A stretch of 64,000 bases of DNA from Sarcophilus harrisii (lineage: Eukaryota): the NCBI GenBank assembly GCA_048593225.1, contig CM109175.1, positions 261,479,655-261,543,654 of the forward strand, in the 5' to 3' direction. Positions 1 through 8,997 of the stretch are shown in pieces (the first letter of the stretch is position 1; the number at the start of each line of letters is the position of its first letter). The notes beneath the pieces are model-generated. The model was not told the origin of the DNA and did no database searches. It worked only from the letters and a program-made list of their open reading frames with translations. A program made the translations under genes and the position numbers.

Positions 1-33
1 ATGCTGCAGATGGACTATACAACCAGTACTCAG
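1..33 (+). CDS. PARP2: PARP2 exon fragment (..MLQMDYTTSTQ), 5' truncated by the window edge
   Basis: ATGCTGCAGATGGACTATACAACCAGTACTCAG is followed by the donor gtatgc. It matches the human PARP2 peptide ..DMLQMDYATNTQ. Confidence 0.75.
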
Positions 34-984
34 GTATGCCCTAACTTTATACCCAAGGAAAAGCTATTCCATCTCACTATCAGGATAAGAGCTGGAAAAA
101 TAGTTATGCTATAGTCAGCACATCATAGAGCTAACATTTCCCCCAATGACGAGAACTTTCCAGTTTTTGTGACTGATGTCTGATTAGTTGGGAGGATAAA
201 AATGAGACAGCGTAGACAGGAGGGAATAGACCTCTCTTTACATCCTTGGAGGTTATGGGGAACTTTCATTTGTTGCTTTACAGTACATTAGTAGAAGAGT
301 AGTGCATAGAACAAGAAAAGAGAGTAGACCAACTACATTATGCATTGGTAAGATTCCATCTGAAGTATTTGTGTTCATCCCTGGCTACCATTTTTTTAAG
401 CAGAGGGACACTGACAAATGGAAATTTGACCAGAGAACAACAATCAGGGTAGAAAAGGCTCTGAGAATAGCCAAATGAATTGGAGAAATTTAGCTTACAG
501 AATAGGACTTGGGCCTTGATGGCTATTTTCAAGTATTTGCAAAAGCTGTTATTTGAAGAGGAATTAGATTTATTCTGTGTTGTTTTAGAGTGCAGATGTA
601 GGAACAACAAACAAGCTACAAAGGCAGATTTGGTTCAATGTGAACAAGTTTTTGAAAAGTAGGTAGTGAATAGAGAGCTAGCTTTAGAGACTGGCTTGAA
701 ATCTAGCCTCAACTCTTTGTAGTCACTTAACCTCTCACTGCTCCAGAGAGTTCTTTAATATTTCATTACAAAGGACTTCTCCATGTATATTGGTTGAGGA
801 AGTTCCTCTTGGAGGATTCCTTATGCCAATAAAATCACAAATCTAGACCAAAAAAAGAAAAAAAAGACCTCTGTAATAATAAAAGGTGTCTAAAAATGGA
901 ATGAGCTGCCTCTAAAAATGACGAATTTACATCAGTATTATACAACATTCAATTCTGATGAACATGACTCTTTCCAGCAATGAG

Positions 985-1400
985 ATGATTGATGCCAGTT
1001 CAATGATCTTGTGATGGAGAGAGCCTTGTATACCCAAAGAGGACTGTGGGAACTGAGTGTGGATCACAGCATAACATTCTCACTCTTTTTTGTTGTTGTT
1101 TGTATGCATTTTGTTTTCTTATTCATTTTCTTTCCTTTTTTATCTGATTTTTCTTGTGCAGCAAGAGAATTGTATAAATGTTTATTTATTGAATTGAAAT
1201 CCAATTTGAATATTGAAATCCAGTATTGGATTTAGCATATATTTTAACATGTATAACATATATTGAATTGCTTGCCATCTAGGGAAGGGAGGAGGGGGAA
1301 ATACAAGGTCAATGTTAAAAAATTATCTGTGCATATGTTTTGAAAATAAAAAGCTTTAAAAATAAAATAAAAATGATTAATTTGCCACCATAGGAGGTTA
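985..1400 (+). mobile_element. Truncated LINE-1 3' end (marsupial L1 tail), + orientation, in a PARP2 intron
   Basis: It has the characteristic L1 3' tail ..TTGTGCAGCAAGAGAATTGTATAAATG..GGGAAGGGAGGAGGGGGAAATACAAGGTCAATGTTAAAAAATTATC..TTGAAAATAAAAAGCTTTAAAAATAAAA. The same tail, with small variants, recurs at 13.8, 27.6, 36.8, 41.5 and 54.2 kb. Confidence 0.7.
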
Positions 1401-1490
1401 TTCAGAGATGGTTTTGTTGGGGGATTTATGTAGAGGATAGAACTAGATTACCTCTAATCCTTTCCAAATAGATTCTATAATCTGTCTCAG

Positions 1491-1656
1491 GGTGAAGAAG
1501 AATCAAAGGAAGGGACACTTGATCCTATTTCACCTCCTAAAGTAGAGTCTCAGCTGGAACTTCCAGTCCAAGAGTTGATAGAGTTGATTTGCAACATTCA
1601 GACTATGGAAGAAATGATGGTGGAGATGAAGTATGATATCAAAAAAGCCCCACTGG
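1491..1656 (+). CDS. PARP2: PARP2 exon: GEEESKEGTLDPISPPKVESQLELPVQELIELICNIQTMEEMMVEMKYDIKKAPL
   Basis: The acceptor is ctgtctcag|GGTGAAG and the donor CACTGG|gtatga. The peptide matches the human PARP2 helical regulatory region (ESQLDLRVQELIKLICNVQAMEEMMMEMKYNTKKAPLG). Confidence 0.85.
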
Positions 1657-1868
1657 GTATGAGCCCTGTATTAAACTCTTCTCTTCTTTCCCCAATCCCC
1701 AAAGTGGGGTATTCTTTTTCCTCCATGAATCTAGGTTGATCTTCCCTGGTTGGTAATAGTACTGAATTGGAGGTAGCATAAGGAAGGGGAGTCTGGAGTG
1801 TCTTTTAAATGGTCTAGAGGGAAAGGTCAGAAAGTCATTTAGGAAATCTGGTCTTTGAATTTTTACAG

Positions 1869-2007
1869 GGAAGCTGACAGTGGCACAAATCAAGGCAGGT
1901 TACCAGTCACTTAAGAAGATAGAAGATTGTATCCGATCTGGTCACAGTGGGCGGACCTTGCTGGAAGCATGTAATGAGTTCTATACCAGGATCCCACATG
2001 ACTTTGG
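1869..2007 (+). CDS. PARP2: PARP2 exon: KLTVAQIKAGYQSLKKIEDCIRSGHSGRTLLEACNEFYTRIPHDF
   Basis: The acceptor is ttttacag|GGAAGCTG and the donor ACTTTGG|gtaaga. The peptide is nearly identical to human PARP2. Confidence 0.9.
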
Positions 2008-2701
2008 GTAAGATTCCCTCTGGGCCCCCACCATCACAATGTTCCTTCTGTTTTCTCCATCCCTACCAAGAAACTTACTAGCAGAAGAGAGTAACTTTAA
2101 TGACATTCTCTCAGCCCTTGAGAAACTAAAGTCTTTCTTAGATCCACAGTTAGGATTGAACAACTGGAGAAGCTGGGAATCCATGAAATGGATTAGGAAT
2201 CCATTAGGAATCCAAACCATGAAATGGTTTAGGAATTAAGCCAATTAAGCCTTTGTCAGATTATATTCCTAATCTTCAGCTAAATTAGAATGTCTATCTT
2301 TAGAAAGAATTGGACGTAGCTTTGTAAGTATGAGGGGAATACCCCTTTCTTTGACTGCAGGCAGATTTATTCCTTTTTATTTTCCATAACTCTAAAAGAA
2401 GTGCAGCCCTTCTTCCAGGAGAATTTATTATCAGGAGAGCAATCAAGTATTCATAAGCATCCCATATGGAAGGGAATTTTATAATCCTTCTTTATGATCC
2501 AAGCATTAGTTAGAAAGTTTTTTTGGTTTCTTATTATTTCTTTATATACTTGGAAATGCTATTCTCAGTTTTTGGTCTCCTCTAAGTAAATTGGTTCCTT
2601 AGCCTACTTTTTGTTGGAATTTATTTTAGTCCTTTTAGTTATTCTTGTGAACCACTAACACTTGTGCTCACTAACAGTTATGCTTGTATCTCTGGCCCTA
2701 G

Positions 2702-2765
2702 GCTTCGTACTCCACCACTAATCCGAACAGAGCAAGAATTGAAAGATAAGATACAGCTTTTAGAG
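2702..2765 (+). CDS. PARP2: PARP2 exon: (G)LRTPPLIRTEQELKDKIQLLE
   Basis: The acceptor is ccctag|GCTTCG and the donor TTAGAG|gtaaga. The reading phase is consistent with the neighbouring exons. Confidence 0.85.
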
Positions 2766-2852
2766 GTAAGATATGTAGGTTGATGGCTGTCCTACTTCCT
2801 TTAGTTCTATTAATCCCAAGATCTCTCACCACTTTATATCTTATACCTTTAG

Positions 2853-2987
2853 GCATTGGGAGACATTGAAATTGCTATCAAGCTGGTGAAGACAGAGCTG
2901 AAGACCCCAGAGCACCCTCTGGACCAGCATTATAGAAACTTGCATTGTGCTCTTCGTCCTCTGGACCATTCCTGTCATGAATTCAAA
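2853..2987 (+). CDS. PARP2: PARP2 exon: ALGDIEIAIKLVKTELKTPEHPLDQHYRNLHCALRPLDHSCHEFK
   Basis: The acceptor is cctttag|GCATTGG and the donor TTCAAA|gtgata. The exon is 45 codons long. Confidence 0.9.
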
Positions 2988-3236
2988 GTGATAAAAGATT
3001 TCTTTTCTTTCCCCAATTGAAAGTTGTTTCTTTTTCGTATTATCATTTCTTATATTTTCTAAAGTCTATAAAGAAAAAGAATCCATATTTTTATCAACTG
3101 TAAGATTTTTTGCTAAATGGGGTCTCTTAATGGTCTGTGAAATCTGGGCAACTGAGGGAGAAAGATCCTTCTTTCTGCATGCATCATAGAGTCTCCCCAG
3201 TCCAAAAATGTTAATTTCTTCTGTCCCTTCACTCAG

Positions 3237-3364
3237 GTGATCTCGCAGTATCTACATTCTACCCATGCTCCTACTCATAATGACTACACTATGACCTTGC
3301 TTGAGGTCTTTGAAGTGGAGAAAGAGGGTGAAAACGAAGCCTTCAGAAAGGATCTTCCCAACAG
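3237..3364 (+). CDS. PARP2: PARP2 exon: VISQYLHSTHAPTHNDYTMTLLEVFEVEKEGENEAFRKDLPN(R)
   Basis: It falls inside the provided ORF 3237..3431. The acceptor is cactcag|GTGATC and the donor CCAACAG|gtctga. Confidence 0.9.
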
Positions 3365-3551
3365 GTCTGAGTTTGTTTCTGGCCTTGCTTGGTACAAAAA
3401 CCTGTTGATTTCTCTTCAGCTATTTCCCTAAAGAACTGAGTATGGGTGTAGGATTTGCAGAGAGGGAAACTAGAGACTGTTTCCTCTCCATAGCCTAGCT
3501 GGAAGGGAAGCAACAAAAGCTATAGGTTGATACTTATGGCTCTCCCCTAGG

Positions 3552-3651
3552 ATGCTGCTGTGGCACGGTTCCCGATTGGGCAACTGGATGGGCATCCTGA
3601 GCCACGGACTCCGCATCGCTCCGCCTGAAGCTCCCGTCACAGGCTACATGG
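3552..3651 (+). CDS. PARP2: PARP2 catalytic exon: [33 protein letters not shown] (contains the H-G-S NAD-binding motif)
   Basis: The acceptor is cccctag|GATGCTG and the donor CTACATG|gtaagt. The exon carries the conserved PARP catalytic motif [16 protein letters not shown]. Confidence 0.85.
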
Positions 3652-4184
3652 TAAGTACAGTTGGAACTCAGGTTGAACAAGACACGGTCATGACCTTTCT
3701 TTGATGTCTTTAAAATGAAACTCTTGCTGTTCTGGCAATAATTCCTAACACATGAAGTTTAGCCTTGGTTACCTTCAGTAGTTATGGAGATTGTGACTGT
3801 GCTATCTGGGGCTGATGTAAATTGAGGTACCTTTTATCTTCCCATAGATTCCCAATCAGACTTCAGCTGTTTGGGGTTCTTAGGTATTCTGAATCCTTTT
3901 CAGAGTTTTTCTTAAAGGCTCTAACTTCTAAGTGCTTTTAATGAAAGTTTCTAATTGATAAAATAGAAAACCTGTTTCCTTTTTTCTCCTAGTTTTTAGC
4001 AAAAGGCTCCACTACCTTTATGATGTCCACTCAACTAAAATTGTAGGAAAACAGTGAAATCTGAACTCCAGGGAATGAGTTGATCTTTTGCTCAAGATAT
4101 TTAAAATTTTGAATATGTGTTTTATTCAGCTATATTTTTTCTTCAGTGGGTTCAGTTGCTGACTTAGTCATCTGTCATTTGCAG

Positions 4185-4283
4185 TTTGGAAAAGGAATAT
4201 ACTTTGCTGATATGTCCTCCAAGAGTGCCAATTACTGCTTTCCCTCACGCCTGAAGGACATAGGGCTGCTGCTGCTCTCAGAG
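4185..4283 (+). CDS. PARP2: PARP2 catalytic exon: [33 protein letters not shown]
   Basis: The acceptor is tttgcag|TTTGGA and the donor TCAGAG|gtgagg. It contains the conserved GKGIYFAD motif. Confidence 0.9.
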
Positions 4284-4664
4284 GTGAGGAAAGGGCTCAG
4301 CTAATAGGACACACTTCCTATCAGCACTAGCCCTCTCTTTCAGGGCTGAAGGAGAGAATGAAAATAAAAATTTTACTAGGCTCTCATTTTCTGCTACACT
4401 GTTGCAGAATGAGCCAGAGAATGATAAAAAATGCCAATAGTCTGGCTTCTCGGGGACAAGCATGGTGGCTTACTGGGTGTCTGAAGATCTGGGTTCAAGT
4501 TCTAGAGCTCTGTGATTTCAGCCTGCTCACCTCCACCTTTTAAGTCTTAAGGGAATCTGTAAATGAGAGAATTGGTGATGGATTTTAAAGTCCTTCCCAA
4601 TTGTGATCACCATTAACTCTCGGGAAGCATGGCATGTGGATTTCAAGGACATTCTCTTTTGCAG

Positions 4665-4789
4665 GTAGCTCTGGGTGACTGTAATGAGCTGCTGGAGGCC
4701 AATCCTGAAGCAGCAGGATTGCTACAAGGCAAACACAGTACCAAGGGAATGGGCAAGATGGCTCCCAATCCTTCCCATTTTGTTACTCT
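4665..4789 (+). CDS. PARP2: PARP2 catalytic exon: VALGDCNELLEANPEAAGLLQGKHSTKGMGKMAPNPSHFVT(L)
   Basis: The acceptor is ttttgcag|GTAGCT and the donor ACTCT|gtaagt. It contains the catalytic glutamate context LSEVALG. Confidence 0.9.
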
Positions 4790-4884
4790 GTAAGTGTTCA
4801 CAGTTCTTTTTATCAATTCCATTCTTTTTATTCCTTGGCCAGAGAGGTTTTTAACAAAGCCTTTCTATCTTCTTTCTTTGGCAG

Positions 4885-5044
4885 GAATGGAACCACAGTA
4901 CCCCTAGGACCAGCAAGTAACACAGGAATTCTGAACCCACAGGGCTATACTCTCAATTACAATGAATTTATTGTCTATGATCCTAGCCAGGTTCGTATGC
5001 GATACCTGCTAAAAATTCAATTCAACTTCACCCAGCTCTGGTGA
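4885..5044 (+). CDS. PARP2: PARP2 terminal coding exon: NGTTVPLGPASNTGILNPQGYTLNYNEFIVYDPSQVRMRYLLKIQFNFTQLW*
   Basis: The acceptor is tttggcag|GAATGG. It lies in the provided ORF 4835..5044 and ends in TGA at 5042-5044. The C-terminus matches the PARP2 end ..LLKVQFNFLQLW. Confidence 0.92.
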
Positions 5045-5056
5045 GGGAAGAGATTC

Positions 5057-5062
5057 TTTATT
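5057..5062 (-). terminator. TEP1: TEP1 polyadenylation signal (AATAAA on the - strand)
   Basis: The + strand reads TTTATT at about 5057-5062, roughly 160 nt downstream of the TEP1 stop on the - strand. This places the TEP1 3' UTR inside the PARP2 3' UTR. Confidence 0.5.
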
Positions 5063-5139
5063 TTCTGTCCCTTCCACATTAGCTCACCCATGACAGATCA
5101 GATAATATGAAATGTGTGATTTTGCTGATATTTTTATAT

Positions 5140-5145
5140 AATAAA
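5140..5145 (+). terminator. PARP2: PARP2 polyadenylation signal AATAAA
   Basis: An AATAAA hexamer sits about 95 nt after the PARP2 stop codon. No further + strand coding sequence follows it. Confidence 0.6.
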
Positions 5146-5218
5146 TATATTGAAAAGTTGGCATTATGGCATCTTCAGGCTTTGTCTTCAGGCAAACGAT
5201 TGTCTCTGTCCAACCTTC

Positions 5219-5341
5219 TTACTCCCATGACAAAAAGTACATGTGGCCCTGGGCATCTCCCACAGCCAGCTGCAGTGTGGACATAGGTCCAGGTCTTGGC
5301 TCCATACAGGTTACTGCTCCCTCACAACGGAAGAGACCCCG
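5219..5341 (-). CDS. TEP1: TEP1 last coding exon: RGLFRCEGAVTCMEPRPGPMSTLQLAVGDAQGHMYFLSWE*
   Basis: The acceptor is ttacag|CGGGGT and the stop TAA lies at 5219-5221. The C-terminus matches human ..GLFRCEGSVSCLEPWLGANSTLQLAVGDVQGNVYFLNWE. Confidence 0.88.
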   Translation of the reverse strand, partial: RGLFRCEGAVTCMEPRPGPMSTLQLAVGDAQGHMYFLSWE

Positions 5342-5482
5342 CTGTAACATACAAGGACACAATCCTGTCTTTAAGCCTTTCACTATAGCATCTAGCCAAA
5401 ATACTAGATTCTACACCCCACCCCATCCCACCCCCGTCCCATCCTAGTCTGTGTCCCCATATCTGTCCACCACCACACTCAC

Positions 5483-5587
5483 CAGCTGTAGATTGGATTT
5501 CTCCCAGAGCTTCACATCTCGGTCCTCAGAGGCTGTCAGCAGCAGTTCAGGGAGCACATGGAGTGCTGTGACGGAACCTGAATGGAT
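5483..5587 (-). CDS. TEP1: TEP1 exon: IHSGSVTALHVLPELLLTASEDRDVKLWEKSNLQL (WD40)
   Basis: The acceptor is tctttag|ATCCAT and the donor CAGCTG|gtgagt. The exon is 35 codons long and matches human KIHSGSVTALHVLPELLVTASKDRDVKLWERPSMQLL. Confidence 0.88.
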
Positions 5588-5661
5588 CTAAAGAGAGACA
5601 GGTGTGCTAAGCTCCCTCAGAGTCCTACCTACTACCAAACGCTTGGTTTCTGTCCTCTCAC

Positions 5662-5810
5662 CTTTTTGGAGTACTGGGTCTCCAACTTCCGGAACTCAAA
5701 TTCCTTTTCTGTGTACTGCCATATGTTGTTGGTGTCCCAATCTCCCTCAGGGGTACGTACTGCCATGTTCCAAAGGATGCCTTCTGAGCTGGCACACAGA
5801 AAAGCAGAGC
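5662..5810 (-). CDS. TEP1: TEP1 exon: SAFLCASSEGILWNMAVRTPEGDWDTNNIWQYTEKEFEFRKLETQYSKK
   Basis: It lies in ORF 5632..5823(-). The acceptor is gaatggcag|GCTCTG and the donor AAAAAG|gtgaga. It matches human SSFLCASSDGILWNLAKCSPEGEWTTGNMWQKK. The opossum-like exon lacks the eutherian DASMDS repeat segment. Confidence 0.82.
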
Positions 5811-5911
5811 CTGCCATTCCCAAGGCAGAGTTAGAACCAGAGCAAGCCCACAGACTTGCTGCTTTCCCCCCTTTAGGCCTCTCTATTCTCTTGGATTCTT
5901 TGCCAGCTTAC

Positions 5912-6071
5912 CAGAGTCAGGCTTAGCTTGAGTTATCCACAGTGGGGTTCCTCTGGGATTTTCCAGCAGGAGATTAAAATTCTCTCTGTGCTCCAATATA
6001 TTTGACTCTTTCTGCTGCTGTTGAAGGACAGATGGGAACAGACATATACACATATGTATTACTGTCTTAAC
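5912..6071 (-). CDS. TEP1: TEP1 exon: VKTVIHMCICLFPSVLQQQQKESNILEHRENFNLLLENPRGTPLWITQAKPDS (alternative acceptor at about 6017)
   Basis: It lies in ORF 5883..6080(-). The donor is GACTCTG|gtaagc. Two in-phase acceptors are possible: tgtggcag|GTTAAG (at 6071) or caacag|CAGCAG (at 6017). The peptide matches human ..VLSFLRQKESGEFEERLNFDINLENPSRTLISITQAKPES. Confidence 0.6.
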
Positions 6072-6672
6072 CTGCCACATTCAGTCCAGATTCAGTAATG
6101 GTTTATCTGCAGGATTACTGAACTATAGCCATCTGTTAACCTTAGCTACACCAAAGAAACCAAATATAAAGTATAAGACATACTTGTCCCTAAAGACCTC
6201 TATATAATTGGGCAATGAACATGAATGCAAAAAGATAAATGAAACATATATGTATGATTGACATACAAGCTAGGCATCATACTAGGTGCTAGGGTTACAA
6301 ATACAGAATTGAATTATTTGTATTCTCAAGGAATATATACTTAAGAGAAGCATTTAACCGTACACAAAAGACTTACATAGACAGAGAGTGAAACGTCATC
6401 CAGAGTATCCAAGACAAACACACCATATTCCTTGTGGGTAGAAAGCAGAGTGTGTGTATTGAAAGGGAATTCATGCCTAGAGTAAAAGAAACAGACTGAA
6501 CTTGGAACCTTTTCCATGACTCAATGGATCTGTACTCATAAACAGGATCGTCTTTAAAGAGGGGAGGCTATTAGATAAAATATTTAGCCTAAATTAGGTA
6601 GAATCTTCATATCTTGAAAGTCCTTTCCACTCATGTTTTAACTTAGGAAGAAGGAAATAGCTAAACTCTTAC

Positions 6673-6819
6673 CAGAACTCTAAATTAGGAGAATCTGGAT
6701 TCAGAAGCAGCATCCCCAGAAGTGGCTTTGCTAAGATGAAAGAGCAGCTATCTGGGGCCAAGTCCATGGATAACAGGGTGCTCCTGCCTGGCAGGTCCAG
6801 GGGAAGGTTACAGTTCAGG
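6673..6819 (-). CDS. TEP1: TEP1 exon: (S)LNCNLPLDLPGRSTLLSMDLAPDSCSFILAKPLLGMLLLNPDSPNLEF
   Basis: The acceptor is tttcccag|CCTGAAC and the donor GAGTTCTG|gtaaga. The length is 147 nt and the phase is consistent. It matches human NLSLHLNRILQEDLGVLTSLDWAPDGHFLILAKADLKLLCMKPGD. Confidence 0.75.
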
Positions 6820-7033
6820 CTGGGAAATGAATAGAGGGGAGAAAATTGTCCATATCCTACTGTATTCCACTGGGCCCCGCCTGGGTTACCAGAACTAAAA
6901 TGGAGGTGATGAAATCCTCTTCCAGGAATCAGAATTTTCCCAGGGATATTTCATCCAAATATTGAAAGGGAGCTGTAATATGACCCAAGTTCCCATTTGC
7001 TCAGTGAGCAAAGCCCATTACTTCCAATTTTAC

Positions 7034-7155
7034 CTGAAAATTTGGGGCGTGAGGTCCTCCTTTTCTATTTGCCACTTGCTGAGGTTTTGGTCATTGATCA
7101 GAGCAAAGAAAGTGTGTGGAGAGGACCAGCATAGGGCACTGATGCGGCCAAGGGC
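7034..7155 (-). CDS. TEP1: TEP1 exon: ALGRISALCWSSPHTFFALINDQNLSKWQIEKEDLTPQIF (WD40)
   Basis: It lies in ORF 7030..7242(-). The acceptor is ctgtaccag|GCCCTT and the donor TTTTCAG|gtaaaa. It matches human APGHIGALIWSSAHTFFVLSADEKISEWQVKLRKGSAPG. Confidence 0.8.
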
Positions 7156-7325
7156 CTGGTACAGATCACAAGGTCGGGTCAGTGTCCTGGGCCCAGAACC
7201 AACCCATTCCACCACTACCCACACCTGCAGCCTCCCTTTCAAACACTGGCACAGCCTTCCCTAGAGCACACTGAATGCTGTGCCCCAGGTGAGGCCCCAG
7301 TAAAACCTATGCCACTTGGACTCAC

Positions 7326-7462
7326 TTGAGCTTTGGCTACAGCTTTGGCCTCCTGCCACAGAGTTAGTTCCCCAGCCTGGCTGCCCGACACTGCCAGGGA
7401 ACCATCTGGAGCCCAGGCCACAGCAGTAATGGCCGTGGGCCTCTCACTGACACCTGTGTCGT
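7326..7462 (-). CDS. TEP1: TEP1 exon: DTGVSERPTAITAVAWAPDGSLAVSGSQAGELTLWQEAKAVAKAQ (WD40)
   Basis: It lies in ORF 7239..7586(-). The acceptor is tctccag|ACGACA and the donor GCTCAA|gtgagt. The 137 nt length fits the phase. It matches human DDTCIPRSSAAVTAVAWAPDGSMAVSGNQAGELILWQEAKAVATAQ. Confidence 0.88.
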
Positions 7463-7809
7463 CTGGAGAGAAGAGGCTCATCAGAGAAGAACATGGCACA
7501 CTCCTCCAACATAGACAGACAACACCTGCTAATCTCCAACAGTAAATGCAGTACCCGTGAAAAGCCATCTCCCTTTTTTTAAACAATCAATACAAATATT
7601 TTTGGGGAAATAATATACTTTGTCAGGGGATTGACAGGTGTTTTCTGAGGAGTTTTGTAGTGTCAAAATGTAACAGTTTTACAATCATATAAGTAGTATA
7701 CCAAAATGTATACATTAACAAAGTGGGGCTAGAGTTGGATTAAGAGGAAAAGTCCAAGCTTTTCACCTAGTTACAAGGTCCCACTTGACTTTCCCTGCCC
7801 CACACTTAC

Positions 7810-7942
7810 CCACTTTCTCAGGCACACACCAGAGCCTTACTGAGCCATCTTTGGAGGCCGTTAGCAGAAGGCCCAAGGTCTCTGAGGCTGCAGCTGAAAT
7901 GACTGGACCACTGTGTCCCAGAAGGGTATGTGTCTGAAACAC
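7810..7942 (-). CDS. TEP1: TEP1 exon: VFQTHTLLGHSGPVISAAASETLGLLLTASKDGSVRLWCVPEKV (WD40)
   Basis: It lies in ORF 7763..8011(-). The acceptor is tctgcag|GTGTTT and the donor AAAGTGG|gtaagt. The length is 133 nt and the phase is consistent. Confidence 0.88.
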
Positions 7943-8027
7943 CTGCAGAAGAAGCAAAGATGCTAAGTCAATAATCCACAGAGTTATGGCTGGGGAATCA
8001 TCTTCCCTCACCCCCCCGCCTTCTCAC

Positions 8028-8104
8028 CAATAGTGGATGCCAGAGCCGAGTAGCTCCATCTAGTCCGGCAGTTACTACCAAGAGATCTGACCCAGGCTGT
8101 CCAG
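8028..8104 (-). CDS. TEP1: TEP1 exon: (A)GQPGSDLLVVTAGLDGATRLWHPLL (WD40)
   Basis: The acceptor is cctcag|CTGGACAG and the donor CTATTG|gtgaga. It matches human AGQPGSELLVVTVGLDGATRLWHPLLV. Confidence 0.85.
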
Positions 8105-8182
8105 CTGAGGAGAGATGGAGGAGGTCAAATAGAGTACCAAGAAAGGAATAAGGAAAGGCATGAGGGGAGGGAGTTTTGTCAC

Positions 8183-8312
8183 CTGTACGAGGTTCCTTGA
8201 CGGCCACGCACTGGCTGATGGGTCCAGAGTGGGCAGGAATACTTGTCAGCTCCACGCCGCGAAAGTCCCACACTTTTAGTACCCCATCCCGGTCCACAGA
8301 TACCACATGATT
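8183..8312 (-). CDS. TEP1: TEP1 exon: NHVVSVDRDGVLKVWDFRGVELTSIPAHSGPISQCVAVKEPRT (WD40)
   Basis: The acceptor is ataggag|AATCATG and the donor CGTACAG|gtgaca. The length is 130 nt and the phase is consistent. It matches human EEHVVSVSRDGTLKVWDHQGVELTSIPAHSGPISHCAAAMEPRA. Confidence 0.88.
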
Positions 8313-8889
8313 CTCCTATCCCATTCCCCCCATCAAAATCATGGTTATATTGAGGGCAGGTAACTGGGTTTTGCTACAGCTTGTCTCATCACCCACATAT
8401 CCATTGTAGAAGGAAAAGAATCAGATATAGTCTTAAGTCTGGAATAAGTAATCAAACCTAGGCTAAGTGGGCTCATTACAATAATTTAGTAATAAGCTCA
8501 ATTCTGATGTGTCACTCTTCCTTTCAAAAGGAGTACTTAACCTTCTAACCAGATCCTTGATTCCTACCTCCCTACCCCACCCAAAGCAGCTCATGGTCCA
8601 TTGGATTGTGACCTAGAAAGCAGGGAGAGCCTTTTGCCTCTCCTGCTATCTCCAGATCTTAATTCGGGCTCTAGCACATAATAGGTGTTTAATAAATGTT
8701 TATTGATTGACTAACTAATAATATGCTTGAACCTTATACAGACAAAATATTCAGGATACTTAATTGTCTCAATTAACTTTAGCATAAGACTACCCTCCAA
8801 ATCTAGAGTCTTCCTGAAAAGTATAACTCACCCTTCCTCCTCATAATCAGTTCCCCATCAAGAAGGCCACCACCCCATTCCTTACTCAC

Positions 8890-8997
8890 CACAGCAACCA
8901 CAGTGCTCACTGCACTCTGATGACCTAGAAAATGGCCAAGTTGCTGGCCAGACACAGGGTCCCATAGCCGCACAGAACCATCATTGGAGGAGGAGAG
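8890..8997 (-). CDS. TEP1: TEP1 exon: LSSSNDGSVRLWDPVSGQQLGHFLGHQSAVSTVVAV (WD40)
   Basis: It lies in ORF 8803..9015(-). The acceptor is tttccag|CTCTCC and the donor GCAGTG|gtgagt. The exon is 36 codons long. It matches human LISCSSDGSVGLWDPESGQRLGQFLGHQSAVSAVAAV. Confidence 0.88.

Larger units (their letters stand above)
1..5165 (+). other. PARP2: PARP2 gene, 3' portion (last 10 coding exons plus 3' UTR); 5' part lies upstream of the window
   Basis: Spliced + strand translation gives the PARP regulatory and catalytic domains ending ...YTLNYNEFIVYDPSQVRMRYLLKIQFNFTQLW*, collinear with human PARP2. The exons are bounded by canonical AG/GT sites. An AATAAA signal lies at about 5140-5145. Confidence 0.9.
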
